Assembly: GCF_030684315.1 (NCBI RefSeq)
Contig: NC_081369.1
Location: 9,152,035 to 9,216,034 of the forward strand
Reading direction: 5' to 3'
From: Stegostoma tigrinum
Taxonomy: Eukaryota
DNA: 64,000 nt
Below, piece after piece: positions 63,021-64,000 of this stretch (the stretch's first letter is position 1; the number at the start of each line of letters is the position of its first letter). The notes under the pieces are model-generated. The model did not search any database. It saw only the letters and a list, made by a program, of their open reading frames with translations, and was not told the origin of the DNA. The translations under genes were made by a program, and so were the position numbers.

Positions 63021-64000
63021 GGGCAATCGTAACAAGACAAAAGTGAAGATGAGCATTATCGGATCAATGATGATCTAATTGATTGGCAAGCCATATTTAA
63101 TGGGCTGAATGGCCTTATTCAGCTATTATGATTTCTGATTCATAAAGTTTTGAGCTTAAAGAAAAGACAGACAATGAGCATTTCGTGAGAGAGATACCAA
63201 ATACTGGCAAAGCATGATGTAATAAAAACACTTTAGTTGCATCAACTGGAAAGAAAATCATGTTCATGAAATTCTGCAAGTAAATGTTCAACTCTTTATT
63301 GGTTCTACTTATGGAAGAGGAGAAAAATAATGTAAGATATGTGAGGTGAGAAATTAGTAGGCAATATGAAGTGGCAGATGGTAAACCGTACATTGCCTAT
63401 GCAAAGCAGTTGGCAGATGGAACATTTGCAATTTTATATCACCATCAGTGGAGGTTAATATGTAGTGTGACGCTTTGAACAAGGCCATTTTTGGTGCTTG
63501 CCACTGGCTGAAGCATGTAGGCAAACAATTCCAAATCCAAAGAAAACTCTGGAAATGTCAGGAATCGTCATGAAGCGAACTATGCATTATAAGGGACATG
63601 ACTTTGTTACCCTCCCAATATTCCATCAAAATACCTAAAGAGCAGCGGCATTGATCATACGAATATGGACATGATGGAGCTACAAAAAAAGTGCCAGGCA
63701 TGTCCAGCAGGTGGAGCTAAATGATATAAAAATGGTCAATTGGGACAATTTAAGAAATGTTACGAATTACAGTAATTTGAAAACCCCAGTGAACAAAGAT
63801 CGCAGAAAAGGAAATTTTCAGATGAATTTAAAAAATGGAATCAAGACTAGATTCAAGAAATAGCTGATACAGCTGATAAAGAAAAAGACAACTTTCCTAG
63901 GTAATGCCAAAGAGAATGAAACCGGATAATGGACCATCAACTTGAAGTCACAGTTTAATTTTAGATGATTTCGGACTGGGAACTACTTTACAATAGTTGA

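Larger units (their letters stand above)
56333..63600 (+). repeat. Segmental duplication, copy 2 (homologous to about 16155-24870)
   Basis: Same colinear blocks as copy 1, interrupted by different TE insertions. Confidence 0.85.

Noticed and set aside
1-64000. Prokaryotic systems (CRISPR arrays, operons, rRNA)
   Set aside because: None seen; the sequence is intron-rich vertebrate DNA and the spaced repeats are TE-derived.

Overview
AT-rich, repeat-dense vertebrate DNA. The repeat content (HE1/V-SINE-type SINEs, many CR1 LINE fragments, Penelope-like elements, Gmr1-type Gypsy) points to a cartilaginous fish, probably a shark; this is an inference. The main gene is not seen whole by the ORF track: an intact-looking six-exon immunoglobulin-superfamily receptor on the + strand (29137-33853, 326 aa). 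Its layout is leader / germline-joined V-J domain / C1-set domain / uncharged TM / cytoplasmic tail with an ITIM and an ITSM-like motif. It lies in a decaying cluster. Paralog A survives as a 3' half (16155-18338), paralog C is a near-complete pseudogene (49793-58653), and paralog D is an inverted last-exon remnant (46098-46367, - strand). A and C share about 7-9 kb of duplicated sequence. The rest is mostly transposon debris, including many Penelope-derived palindromes with minimal hammerhead ribozyme motifs. There is one assembly gap (3076-3230). All alignments were done by eye and TE boundaries are approximate.
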